From positions 1 to 53,719 of the IMG/VR virus record IMGVR_UViG_3300025704_000035: a stretch of 53,719 nucleotides of DNA. One strand, given 5' to 3'. Position numbers and translations under genes: made by a program. This DNA comes from a virus. Its lineage: Duplodnaviria; Caudoviricetes. Shown here piece by piece: positions 21,297-30,462 of this stretch (position 1 is its first letter; every line of letters starts with the position of its first letter). The notes below the pieces were generated by a model, which was given only the letters and a program-made list of their open reading frames with translations, did not search any database and had not been told where the DNA came from.

Positions 21297-21918
21297 CTTC
21301 TTCTCCTATTTTTAATATATTGTTAAACCAAATTTGCTTTTCCGTATACTCGGGAATTAAAGACTCGCTTTTCCCTTTTGAATCTTTCTTGTACTTAATA
21401 TTTCCGTAGTAAGGAATGTGTAGCTCTGGGTTTAGCTTCATTAATAAGTAGTTCTTTTTACCTGCAACTAGCCTGCCGTTTGAAATTATTGGACAAGGGG
21501 TACCTGATTTAAAAAGCGCCATCCAGTTTCTTTCACTGTCGCAAATTCTGCTTACGGCGCTTACCTTCATCCCCAAATCACTTAACAGCCTAGCGTCTCT
21601 TCGCCGGTTGCAGTCTTCATCAACCTCGTAGTGACCACCTGAAATTGCCACAACAACCGTTGATATAGAGCTACCCGTTCCGCGTAAACAAGTTTCAATT
21701 CCGTTTGACATGTATGATGGTGTGATAGCACTTCCTACCGGAATTTGGCTTGAAGATCCTGCCCCTGTGTAATTGTTTGTAACTGAGTCATTTTTATTGT
21801 TTGAGTCAACGGTCGAGTTAACCGTACTACTATTCAGGCTACCCTCTTGGTCGTTTGATATTTCAGCGACCGAAAATGCTGAAAAAAAGGCTAAAATCAG
21901 TATATAAAAAGCTTTCAT
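21220..21918 (-). CDS. Putative exported Cys-containing protein
   Basis: Signal peptide MKAFYILILAFFSAFSVA; four Cys; GMKVSAV motif. Confidence 0.6.
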   Translation of the reverse strand: MKAFYILILAFFSAFSVAEISNDQEGSLNSSTVNSTVDSNNKNDSVTNNYTGAGSSSQIPVGSAITPSYMSNGIETCLRGTGSSISTVVVAISGGHYEVDEDCNRRRDARLLSDLGMKVSAVSRICDSERNWMALFKSGTPCPIISNGRLVAGKKNYLLMKLNPELHIPYYGNIKYKKDSKGKSESLIPEYTEKQIWFNNILKIGEEDDEEGDDSRSISDKFRSSKSARQPD

Positions 21919-21981
21919 ACTTTCTCTTAATTAGCCTCTCTGTTTGCAGGAACCATACATTCTTTGGACATGTGATATTCC

Positions 21982-24396
21982 TTACATTGCGGCTATAATG
22001 AACGCCAAAAGTTGCTCGTACCTGACCCCTAGCCTAGTTTTCTCAACGGCTATATCGCGCAATTCTTCGGGTAAATCGTCTAGCCTAGGATAGGCTGTAC
22101 CACCTTCCTCAGTTTCATACCAAGTGTCTTCCATGAACATTGCATAGCGATGTGCATCCAGTCCCTCTGCGGAAAATGCGTCTTCAAGGTCTTGAGCTAT
22201 AATGCCAAAATGTATACGAGCACCCTCACCCTTCTCTTCAATAGCCTCAATTCTTCGGTACTTTCTAAGTAAAGGCTTACACCTAGTCGCCACTCTAAGT
22301 TCCGCCTCGGTCAGCTCTTCAATATCTCTTTTTTCGTTTACATCAGAAGATGTTGTTGTGCCGCTGGCAAAGTAACCTAACTTCCACCTTGCCCAGCTTT
22401 GCCCAAAATAGACTACATTGTTTTGAGTTGCGCCAGTTCCGGCGTGTGTAGGGGCGAGATATGCTCCGTTCCAAAAATCAGTGAATGATACGCCAGCCCT
22501 ATCCTGCCCAATAACTATTTTTGACGGTCCGTAAGGATTACCGTAAGTCCCTATGTTGGCGGCTTCTGACGTTCCGGTTGCAGACGTCTTAGCCACAAAG
22601 GTAATAACTTTGTCATAGACAAACCCACCACTAGCATCTGATACAAGATCTACTTGTTTCAAAAACTCAGTACTTTCTCTAAACTCGGCGGGGGCATTGA
22701 GGTGAATTTGTTTTGCTGTGGTTGAAGACGCTGGACCAATATTTATTGTCGTATAGCCGCCATTATCAGCGCCTGTTCCAATGTTAACGGTTTTGGTAGT
22801 GAAGCCACCGATGCTTCCTGTACAAATATTAACCACTGAGTTTGACGTAGAGTTGCACAGGGTGGCATCACCGCTCACTGTAAGGTCGTTATAAAATTTA
22901 GCGTCACCGGCGGTATCAATGTCAAAGCTTGATGAACCGTTGGTTTTAAACTTAAACCCCTTGCCAGATGTTTTGTCAAAGTTTAAAAAATTACTGCTAG
23001 TGTCAATAGAATAAATTGTACTGTTGGCATTATCTGTAAAAAGAATCTCATGATCGTCGGCTACAGACGTATCTTTTAGTGTTAACTTGGGCGTACTTGT
23101 TGCAATCGTTACATCACCAGTTAGCTGACCGCCAGTTTTTGGATACTTGACGTTTATTATGGACAGCATATTGGTGTAGAAACTTGCATCATTATTAAGA
23201 GCGTCATTAAGCTTTTTTAGGGTATCAAGGACGAAGTTTGAGTTACTTCCAATTAAGCCAGCTATCTCAGTATCAACATATGATTCTGAAGCCAAGCCGG
23301 TGGTGCCAAAACTTACAGACCCCTGATCATCTATGCTAAAAGCATTGTTAGTCCCATTGACTAAAAACTTAATACCACCAGATGACTTAATTTCTAAATC
23401 ATCAGTGACGGTATTGTTGTCGTTGTAGGTTATGGACGCTGTCTCTGTAGCGTCTTGTAAAAACTTAATTGCCGGACTGGCATCTGCATCCTCACCGCGT
23501 ACAACCACCTCTGAAGCTTGCATCTTTCCACTTAAAACCGCATCGCCTGTGAGGGCTAGCTGTGTGTCCTCTATGCTTACCTCCCAGAAAGTCTCATACC
23601 CGTCAAAGGTGGCGGCAGGGGTTGTTGTGGTAGGGGTTGTGACCAAGCTACTTGCCGCAAATGCTCCGGTGCTATTAACGCTTCGAGAACCAACAAAATA
23701 GTAGTCAGGATGATTGCCGCCAACAGAAATACAAGTTGCATAAACATCAGAGTCAGCAATGTCATTATATACTTGTAATAAAACGCTACCGTAATCATCG
23801 CCAGTTAATCCGCCTTGGATTCCAGTATCTTGTAATATACGTACTTTTGTAAGGACTGCACTGCCTGCTTGATTTACACCCAGTACGTACCCGCTTTTAT
23901 GTTCAGCCTTCCTGCTTAGCCCAACTTTAAGATGGGTGTTATTTGCACCGTTTCGTGCGGTAATGACGTACTCTAGGTTATATTTTTGGCTCGGACCGTA
24001 GAGTTCTGCAACTGTGACCCAGCCAGCGGCTAGATCTTCCGCTGATTTGTAGGGTGTATTTGCAATAACCCTTTTTTCAGACTCCTCAGCTATACCCGCC
24101 AAGCCGGCAGATGTTACTCGTAACTCAATTCGATCTCCGACAAAGATGTTATTAGAGGAGGTGTCATCCTGCCCGCGCTCAACAGTGAAAGAACCGGCTG
24201 AGCTGTCTTTGGTAATACCTGTGACTTTAAGTATTTCCCCAACTGTGCCGTACTGGCTTAACACGGTCGCATAGAAAAACTCCCCACTCTCTAAAGCAGG
24301 AAAGTCTTGATTATTACCTGTGCTTACGGTAGTTGCTGAGCTATTAATCTGAACCGTAACAACCGTAGACGCATTGTTAGCAAACTTTATGCCCAT
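21982..24396 (-). CDS. Tail fibre/spike with C-terminal intramolecular chaperone (peptidase S74-type)
   Basis: 804 aa; N-terminal VERGQDDT..GDRIELRVT; C-terminal SSDVNEKRDI, HFGIIAQDL, GVRYEQL. Confidence 0.85.
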   Translation of the reverse strand: MGIKFANNASTVVTVQINSSATTVSTGNNQDFPALESGEFFYATVLSQYGTVGEILKVTGITKDSSAGSFTVERGQDDTSSNNIFVGDRIELRVTSAGLAGIAEESEKRVIANTPYKSAEDLAAGWVTVAELYGPSQKYNLEYVITARNGANNTHLKVGLSRKAEHKSGYVLGVNQAGSAVLTKVRILQDTGIQGGLTGDDYGSVLLQVYNDIADSDVYATCISVGGNHPDYYFVGSRSVNSTGAFAASSLVTTPTTTTPAATFDGYETFWEVSIEDTQLALTGDAVLSGKMQASEVVVRGEDADASPAIKFLQDATETASITYNDNNTVTDDLEIKSSGGIKFLVNGTNNAFSIDDQGSVSFGTTGLASESYVDTEIAGLIGSNSNFVLDTLKKLNDALNNDASFYTNMLSIINVKYPKTGGQLTGDVTIATSTPKLTLKDTSVADDHEILFTDNANSTIYSIDTSSNFLNFDKTSGKGFKFKTNGSSSFDIDTAGDAKFYNDLTVSGDATLCNSTSNSVVNICTGSIGGFTTKTVNIGTGADNGGYTTINIGPASSTTAKQIHLNAPAEFRESTEFLKQVDLVSDASGGFVYDKVITFVAKTSATGTSEAANIGTYGNPYGPSKIVIGQDRAGVSFTDFWNGAYLAPTHAGTGATQNNVVYFGQSWARWKLGYFASGTTTSSDVNEKRDIEELTEAELRVATRCKPLLRKYRRIEAIEEKGEGARIHFGIIAQDLEDAFSAEGLDAHRYAMFMEDTWYETEEGGTAYPRLDDLPEELRDIAVEKTRLGVRYEQLLAFIIAAM

Positions 24397-24408
24397 ATTA
24401 GGCTCCTG

Positions 24409-24870
24409 TTAGCTAGCTTCGACTGTCCAAGTAATATTTAGCGTATCGCCCGTACCCTTATTTATAGCGTTAAACTTTGTTCTACAAAGCATTACACCAC
24501 CAGAATTAGAGTTAAATATGCCTGCCTCTGTAATTGGGTAAGGAGCATCTGGCTGATTGGAGCCAAATGAGGCAGAATAAACAACTTCGTTACTGTCGGC
24601 ACTGACTGTAGTGCTTGAGAGCGACTGCCTGTTTCTTTCTGTGTATAGTGCTGTATCGGTAGGGTCAGGTCCTTGAGTGCTGGTGCCGATTGCCATGTCG
24701 CTCATCAGTGCCGGAAGGTCGGCATTTGCTTTTCCCATACGTTGAGCTACCCATTCTTTACCATCACCGGTAACTACGTTGGTAATATCTCTAGAATCTT
24801 TAAGCTCGCCGTCTGGTCCTTTAAGCTCAATTGTTAAGCAACCTTTCATTGCAAGATCATCGTTGATCAT
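24409..24870 (-). CDS. Tail-associated structural protein
   Basis: NVVT..MAIGT..ITEAGIFN..MLCRTKF..INK..D.LNITW motif of phage tail proteins. Confidence 0.65.
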   Translation of the reverse strand: MINDDLAMKGCLTIELKGPDGELKDSRDITNVVTGDGKEWVAQRMGKANADLPALMSDMAIGTSTQGPDPTDTALYTERNRQSLSSTTVSADSNEVVYSASFGSNQPDAPYPITEAGIFNSNSGGVMLCRTKFNAINKGTGDTLNITWTVEAS

Positions 24871-24884
24871 GACTGGTCTCCAAA

Positions 24885-26318
24885 TTAACCATTTAAAATA
24901 AACTCGTTGAGCATGCTGTGGTTGACCTGAGACGATGAAGAAACGAGATCGAAAACAGTATGGTCTGTGAGTGTTTGGCTGTCTGAGAATGCAGTCACTG
25001 TAGACATCACTGCCGCATCTGATAAATCAAGTAAATCAGAGGGTGTGGTTTCCACTTCAAAGAGTGGGGAATCAATACCAATTATAGAGTCTGTTGCAAC
25101 CTTTGACAATTCTTTTATTAGGTCTTGGTCAGACATATCCAATTGATTTGTAACGATTTTATTTGTATTTAGTGCTATCTCATCCTCAAGGTCAAGCGCA
25201 TTGAAGACTCTGGGAGAAACGCTAAAATTAACAGACTGATCAAATTCAAATGAATGCGAGAAAACCTTGCCTGTAAGAATCTCAAAACCGCTGTCAGCTA
25301 AGGTGTATGAGTCAAACTTTACGGTAGATATGTCAATAGTTGGTATGCTGGCAAACGAATAAGAGTCCTCTACACCCTTGGTTGCCGCAAATGACAGCGA
25401 GTCCTGTATGCTGGTGATGTTTTGTTTATTAACATCAACTGAGTCTGCGTTAACTGTGTCGTCAAATCCAAACGCATCAAATAGCACGGTGCTAACGTCA
25501 AACAAAGGCGTGTCATTAAAATCAAACTCATCGTCAGGATATCCCGTAACAGTTGTTGTTAAGCCGTCATCCACAAAAGTAAATGCATATGGATCTCTTA
25601 CAAATACAAAGCTCTCATCGAAATCAAACTCATCATTACTAATTTTTCCTGCTACAAACGACTGTTCATCTACGAATGAGTACGAGTCTTCTTCCGCCTT
25701 CCCAACAACAAAGTTCTCTGAGTCAGTAAAGTCAAAGTCATCTTCTGCGACCTTGACTGTAGAAAAAGCATGACTTTCAATAACGTCAAACTCATCCTCG
25801 CTTTGCTTTGTGGCAGAGAAGATTAGGGAATCGTCAAATAGGTACAGTGTGCTAACATAATTTGGCAGGTGCTCAAGTATAGTTGAGTCTGACAAGTTAA
25901 GTGGACTACTCCTTAACGCCCTAACATCCAGTGTCTCACGGTCAGTGCAATCAAATGAATCTGATCTAACATCATCAAGTGAGAACGTATGGTCATCAGA
26001 AAAAGATACAGGGGTTGTTATATTTTTCCCCGCGCTAAAAACTATGTCCTGCGAAAAGCTAAATGCATCAGTAAAGGTAAAAATTGTTTTATTAGCGTTT
26101 ACCTTAATACCTGACAGGAATATGTTCTGCCAATTAGCCTGTGCAAACGGCGCTACAGTTAAGGCGCTAGCTGTAAGCTGTACAGTGCTTGCCTGCAAAG
26201 CTATAAAGGAATTTTTTACCGTAGAATAAGTTTTTACGAGACGAGCTCGTGCCGCCAGCTTCGCGTGGACTATGCCAGCGTATAGCGCCTTATAGTTTGT
26301 TGTGGCGCGGATAGCCAT
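24885..26318 (-). CDS. Acidic repetitive structural protein (DxFxFxD repeats)
   Basis: 477 aa with ~18-aa periodic D/E/F/S repeats. Confidence 0.6.
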   Translation of the reverse strand: MAIRATTNYKALYAGIVHAKLAARARLVKTYSTVKNSFIALQASTVQLTASALTVAPFAQANWQNIFLSGIKVNANKTIFTFTDAFSFSQDIVFSAGKNITTPVSFSDDHTFSLDDVRSDSFDCTDRETLDVRALRSSPLNLSDSTILEHLPNYVSTLYLFDDSLIFSATKQSEDEFDVIESHAFSTVKVAEDDFDFTDSENFVVGKAEEDSYSFVDEQSFVAGKISNDEFDFDESFVFVRDPYAFTFVDDGLTTTVTGYPDDEFDFNDTPLFDVSTVLFDAFGFDDTVNADSVDVNKQNITSIQDSLSFAATKGVEDSYSFASIPTIDISTVKFDSYTLADSGFEILTGKVFSHSFEFDQSVNFSVSPRVFNALDLEDEIALNTNKIVTNQLDMSDQDLIKELSKVATDSIIGIDSPLFEVETTPSDLLDLSDAAVMSTVTAFSDSQTLTDHTVFDLVSSSSQVNHSMLNEFILNG

Positions 26319-26324
26319 CTACAG

Positions 26325-26699
26325 CTAACCGAATTGAGCACGGACTTTGAATTTAAGTAAATCAACTACAGTCTGAGTCCTGCCATCAGCATTTGTGAAC
26401 TCAATTTCACCCTCAAACAAACCCGCTTCGCTCAGTGTGTTTTCGCCAAATAAAAACGTGACATCACCTGAGGAGCCGTTAGTAATAGTGCCTAATAGAG
26501 TTTCTTTAATAGTTGTTTCGCCAAGCTTTCTCAGTCTCATTCGGACAGAACCTGACGCAATATTTATGGGTGAGAACGAGGTAGGATCGTCTGGGTCAAG
26601 CGACCTTCCTGAGGCGGCTGAATTGCTATCTTTTAGAGACACTTGTATCTCTGGTAGCCGATCGCCCTGTACCAAGTCTATAGTAGTTAGATATGCCAT
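26325..26699 (-). CDS. BppU-N-like tail/baseplate adaptor domain protein
   Basis: VQGDRLP..G.FEGEIEFT..G.TQTV motif; start taken at MAYLTT, overlapping the upstream stop. Confidence 0.55.
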   Translation of the reverse strand: MAYLTTIDLVQGDRLPEIQVSLKDSNSAASGRSLDPDDPTSFSPINIASGSVRMRLRKLGETTIKETLLGTITNGSSGDVTFLFGENTLSEAGLFEGEIEFTNADGRTQTVVDLLKFKVRAQFG

Positions 26700-27319
26700 T
26701 AGATAAATGCCCTCGATCTGCACGTTAGAGATCCGCCACTAAACCCGTATTTAACTTGACGCACAGTAACTCCGACCTCTCGGTCGAATAGCTGTTTGTT
26801 TGAGCCAGCAAGATTTGCATTACCCCAAGGTTGGTTCATCATTTGCAGTCTATACAAAGCTCCGTGAACTAATATCTCGCGGTATTCCTTACCTACGGTA
26901 TCAGGGATGCTTGTACTGGTTGAAGACGGCTTGACGCTAAATACAACCTTAAGTGAATAATCTCTGTTGGGTATTTTTGCTAAATAGAAATCAGTGTTAT
27001 CACGTTGTGCGTAATATTGTGGTGTCCCCTGCTCTGTTTCGTTTCCCAAAATGCTTAACAGTTTTGTATAAGAAACAGGCTTTAAGGGAGCAGTGTCATT
27101 ATAAATATCAATAATATGGTTCAGTTCTGTACCGGTAGGAAGGCTAAGGGCATATTCATTTACACCCTTAACCACCGTGACCGCTTCAGGCTCAGGCATA
27201 TAAACATCTGTTCGCTTACAGAAATCTATACAAGAGTCTCTTACCGCTCTCTCGATTAGATGGTCAGGACATCCCTGAACCTCTGGTCTTATATATGCGC
27301 TTAAGTCACTGAACTTCAT
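26699..27319 (-). CDS. Head-tail adaptor-like protein
   Basis: 206 aa; VQGCP..DFC..T, GTP..Y, HGALYRLQMM..PW motifs. Confidence 0.6.
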   Translation of the reverse strand: MKFSDLSAYIRPEVQGCPDHLIERAVRDSCIDFCKRTDVYMPEPEAVTVVKGVNEYALSLPTGTELNHIIDIYNDTAPLKPVSYTKLLSILGNETEQGTPQYYAQRDNTDFYLAKIPNRDYSLKVVFSVKPSSTSTSIPDTVGKEYREILVHGALYRLQMMNQPWGNANLAGSNKQLFDREVGVTVRQVKYGFSGGSLTCRSRAFI

Positions 27320-27322
27320 TGC

Positions 27323-27979
27323 TTATACCCCTGTAGTTGGAATCGGGGTTGTTGCTGAATCAGCTTGAGTTTTTATACCAAGTGCATTTGAGAAACCCTG
27401 ATAATGCATCATGGAACGCTGTGAATTGCCGGCATACTCTGAATCTTTTTGATAAGCTCGGTATAGGATGTAATCCAGCAGACAGTTCGCGTAGATATCA
27501 TCCAAAGTTATTGTCGATGTGTCTGAGTCAAAGTTGCTCACTGCTTGATCAGAAGGCGCAGAACTGTAAACAATCTCTAAATCTAGATCAGTCGTGCCTT
27601 TTGGATACACGTAAAAATTCTTAGGGTCGGCGGGATCATAAATGAAATGCTCAATACCATCAGAACCAGCTACTGTCTCGTGCCAGTTGGGTAGTGTTTC
27701 ATCTAGAATCTGACGGTCAACCTGCGTGACTGCCTTACCGGATACGTTACGAACAACATCAATTAATCGCAAGCCAGTTGAGGGCAAAGACTGCTTGCTA
27801 CCTGCTACCAGCGTGATGCTTTGATTGTTCATGTTTGCATCAGGTCGATGCAGTACCACTTCTTTTTGAGCGTCATTAAAAAACTTTAATAGCTCATCGT
27901 TAGGAAAACGAACATTTGTATTATCTTGAAGGATAATCGATGCCCGATCCAAAATATCTACCACTTTTACCGTTGCCAT
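27323..27979 (-). CDS. Head-tail connector / adaptor protein
   Basis: 218 aa; ELL.FFNDAQ.EVV..RPDA and DYILYRAYQKDSEYA motifs; just downstream of the capsid gene. Confidence 0.65.
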   Translation of the reverse strand: MATVKVVDILDRASIILQDNTNVRFPNDELLKFFNDAQKEVVLHRPDANMNNQSITLVAGSKQSLPSTGLRLIDVVRNVSGKAVTQVDRQILDETLPNWHETVAGSDGIEHFIYDPADPKNFYVYPKGTTDLDLEIVYSSAPSDQAVSNFDSDTSTITLDDIYANCLLDYILYRAYQKDSEYAGNSQRSMMHYQGFSNALGIKTQADSATTPIPTTGV

Positions 27980-27982
27980 ATT

Positions 27983-28243
27983 TTAGTCCTCCCTCCACTC
28001 GATCACTTCAAGATTAGGGTTATTTTTGTAAGCTTCTTGGTACCTGAACACTAATCCAGTACGCTTGTTCTTAACCATAAATGGAGATTTCTCAGGCTTC
28101 TCCTCTACAGGGTTTGCCTGTCTCTGCTCTATAAGTTCTCGCTGTTCCATCATTGATGCTAAGGAAAGCCGTCTGTCTAGACGTATATCAAACTTATCTA
28201 ACGTTTCTTGGTAAAGATCATCTTTCTTTGTCTTTGTGCTCAT
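27983..28243 (-). CDS. Hypothetical protein
   Basis: Start chosen at MSTKTKK, after the terminator hairpin. Confidence 0.55.
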   Translation of the reverse strand: MSTKTKKDDLYQETLDKFDIRLDRRLSLASMMEQRELIEQRQANPVEEKPEKSPFMVKNKRTGLVFRYQEAYKNNPNLEVIEWRED

Positions 28244-28259
28244 GCTACCGCCAATTAAA

Positions 28260-28290
28260 GAAGGAGGGGCTTTCACCCCCCCCTTTTTTT
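28260..28290 (-). terminator. Intrinsic terminator-like hairpin after the major capsid gene (possibly bidirectional)
   Basis: Minus strand GGGGGGG-TGAAAG-CCCCTCC then TTCTTT; a long T run follows the hairpin on the plus strand. Confidence 0.6.
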
Positions 28291-29198
28291 TATGCTGTTG
28301 TCCAGTTACCAGTAACTAAGCAATCAGGGTTGATTACTTTGTAGCCGTACACTTTCAAACCGCGAACCGCGTCGCCAAATGTGTCAGTTAAACGAACAGT
28401 TTCAGTGTTAGTGAACTGGCTCGCAAACGTGATACCTTTTGAGTGACCCGCAAGAACCTGAGTTCTCATGTCTGTAACAGTATCAGTTGAGGTAGTATCA
28501 ACATCCACCTGACCAAGCATGTTTGATTGATAAATTGTGAAACGATCAATCGTGCCTACTTGTCCGTTACGTAGAACGGAAGTGGAATCACCCATCATTT
28601 GGGCTTGACGAAGTTCAGACTGCTTGAGCAACGAAACATATGCAGGAGGAAGAACTAAGAAACGACCTTCTTCTGGAATGTTCTTCTCGTCAAGAGCAGT
28701 AGACATTGCAAGAATGTTGTCAAGGATGTTGTCTTTAGCCAAGTCAGCTACAGCTTGAGTAGTACCAGCGTCAGCGCCAACAGCGCCTAGAACGTCAGTT
28801 TCAATCGCAATACGCATTTGCTCTGCCGCGTCTGATGACGCTTCTTCTAACATGTTGATGTCAGCCTGAGCCGCAAGTACATCGTCAACCTTAAAGCTGT
28901 AGTATTTAGCTTTGTCGATATTTAGATTTACTGTAGACGTTTCAAGGTTCTGATTAGCAACAGTGCCAGCGTAATCGTTGATTGTTACTGTTGGTACTGT
29001 ACGTACTGTTACCTTGTCGCCCTGACCAGAAATTTCACCTTCATAATCAGTGTTAGAGATAGCAGGAAGTACACTGCTTGCATAAAATTTAGCCTGAAGA
29101 AGTTTTGAAAAAACCTCAGGTACAAAGCTTGCCTGAGTGGATGTGACCGGAGAGGCGGCAGTGCCTGCACCGGTTTGTGTATAAAAAGAAAAAGCCAT
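28290..29198 (-). CDS. Major capsid protein (HK97 fold)
   Basis: FVPEVFS..L, NTDYEGEI..GDKV.V, IPEEGRFLV, FGDAVRGLKVYGYKV motifs; follows the scaffold gene. Confidence 0.88.
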   Translation of the reverse strand: MAFSFYTQTGAGTAASPVTSTQASFVPEVFSKLLQAKFYASSVLPAISNTDYEGEISGQGDKVTVRTVPTVTINDYAGTVANQNLETSTVNLNIDKAKYYSFKVDDVLAAQADINMLEEASSDAAEQMRIAIETDVLGAVGADAGTTQAVADLAKDNILDNILAMSTALDEKNIPEEGRFLVLPPAYVSLLKQSELRQAQMMGDSTSVLRNGQVGTIDRFTIYQSNMLGQVDVDTTSTDTVTDMRTQVLAGHSKGITFASQFTNTETVRLTDTFGDAVRGLKVYGYKVINPDCLVTGNWTTA

Positions 29199-29230
29199 TG
29201 TAAATTACCTCACAAGAGTAAAAAATTAAT

Positions 29231-30148
29231 TTAGCGGCGAATCGATCCAGTGTTCATAGCTTGTAAGATTTCGTCTTTATGCTTTTCGAATAATTCGTTT
29301 GGCATTCTGACAATATCGTCCACTGTCCACTGCTTCTTTTCACCTTTTAAGTTGGACTTTCGAGCTTTAGGCATCTTGGGTTCTGCAACCTTTTTAGCCT
29401 TCTCTAGAGTCCGCTCTTGCGGCGTTGGAGCCTTCATGCCCATGTCACTTTTAAACTGGTACAAAACAGTATTAACGTCATTGGATGATCCTGCTTGAAT
29501 CCATTGTTTCGTCTGTGCATCCGATTCCTCTAGCCAGTTCATCCAGTCTGCTGTCTCTATAAGTTGATCAACGTCAGGGTGCTCTGCTCTGATTCTATCG
29601 AAATGCGCTTCCGCTACTTTAGCTTCTTGCTCATCCCGCTTAGCCTGTTCTGCCTTGCTTAATTGCTCTTTGGTACTTGAAACCTCTTGTCTCGTTCTCT
29701 CGAGTTCATCAAGTAATGGACCTGCCAGATCGGGATAGTCCTCTCTGATTTGGTTCAACTTACTCGTGTCTCTTTCAGATTCCGAAACTTGACTCTTCAG
29801 CCCCGCAATTGTCTGCATCATCTGCTCGTTATTTTTTCGCAGTTCTGCCGCTTCTTGCGTTGCTCTAGTCATTCTCGCCTGAGCCCCTTTCATCGCTTTC
29901 TCAGCTTTTTCTAAAGCTGATCTCAGTCCGGATTCTTCGCCGCCTTCGTCCTGAACTGGTTCCTCTTCCGCTTGAGTTTCAACCGTATCCGTAGGATCGG
30001 GGGTATCTACTAGCACTTCTTCTTGCTCTTCCGAGGTATCCTCAACAGGTTGATCATCCTGCGGGGTCTCTTTTGGAGCCTGAGTCAATTGCTCGTACAA
30101 CTCTTTAGCTTCTGCTTCTAGTCGCTCTGGGTCATTTCTTTTAGCCAT
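29231..30148 (-). CDS. Capsid scaffolding protein
   Basis: Acidic N-terminus, coiled coil, HPD motif; between portal and capsid genes. Confidence 0.75.
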   Translation of the reverse strand: MAKRNDPERLEAEAKELYEQLTQAPKETPQDDQPVEDTSEEQEEVLVDTPDPTDTVETQAEEEPVQDEGGEESGLRSALEKAEKAMKGAQARMTRATQEAAELRKNNEQMMQTIAGLKSQVSESERDTSKLNQIREDYPDLAGPLLDELERTRQEVSSTKEQLSKAEQAKRDEQEAKVAEAHFDRIRAEHPDVDQLIETADWMNWLEESDAQTKQWIQAGSSNDVNTVLYQFKSDMGMKAPTPQERTLEKAKKVAEPKMPKARKSNLKGEKKQWTVDDIVRMPNELFEKHKDEILQAMNTGSIRR

Positions 30149-30186
30149 TATTTATTCCCTTCGGGTCTGCTCTGTACAGGTATCCG

Positions 30187-30462
30187 TTAGTCAATGGAGG
30201 TTGTTCGTTTCCGAGTCCTCAGTTGGTCTAATAGTGCTTTCGCACTGGTTTGAAGTTCAAGCATAAAGCGAAGCTCACTGAGTCGCCCTTGCTCAAACCT
30301 GAAATTTTTTTCGTCAGCTTGTTCCAGCTTTAGTTGTGCGTCGTTAAAACGGCATTGGAGGAGGTCTGTTACCCGCTTCCATTCCTCCCCCGCCGATAGG
30401 CGAAGGACTGCCTGCGCTTGCTCCTTGGAGCATTTGAGCTTGGATTGCTTGCTGTTGTTCAA
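30187..30462 (-). CDS. Small conserved head-module protein
   Basis: 91 aa; W..V and QGR motifs; overlaps the portal 3' end, start uncertain. Confidence 0.5.
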   Translation of the reverse strand: MNNSKQSKLKCSKEQAQAVLRLSAGEEWKRVTDLLQCRFNDAQLKLEQADEKNFRFEQGRLSELRFMLELQTSAKALLDQLRTRKRTTSID

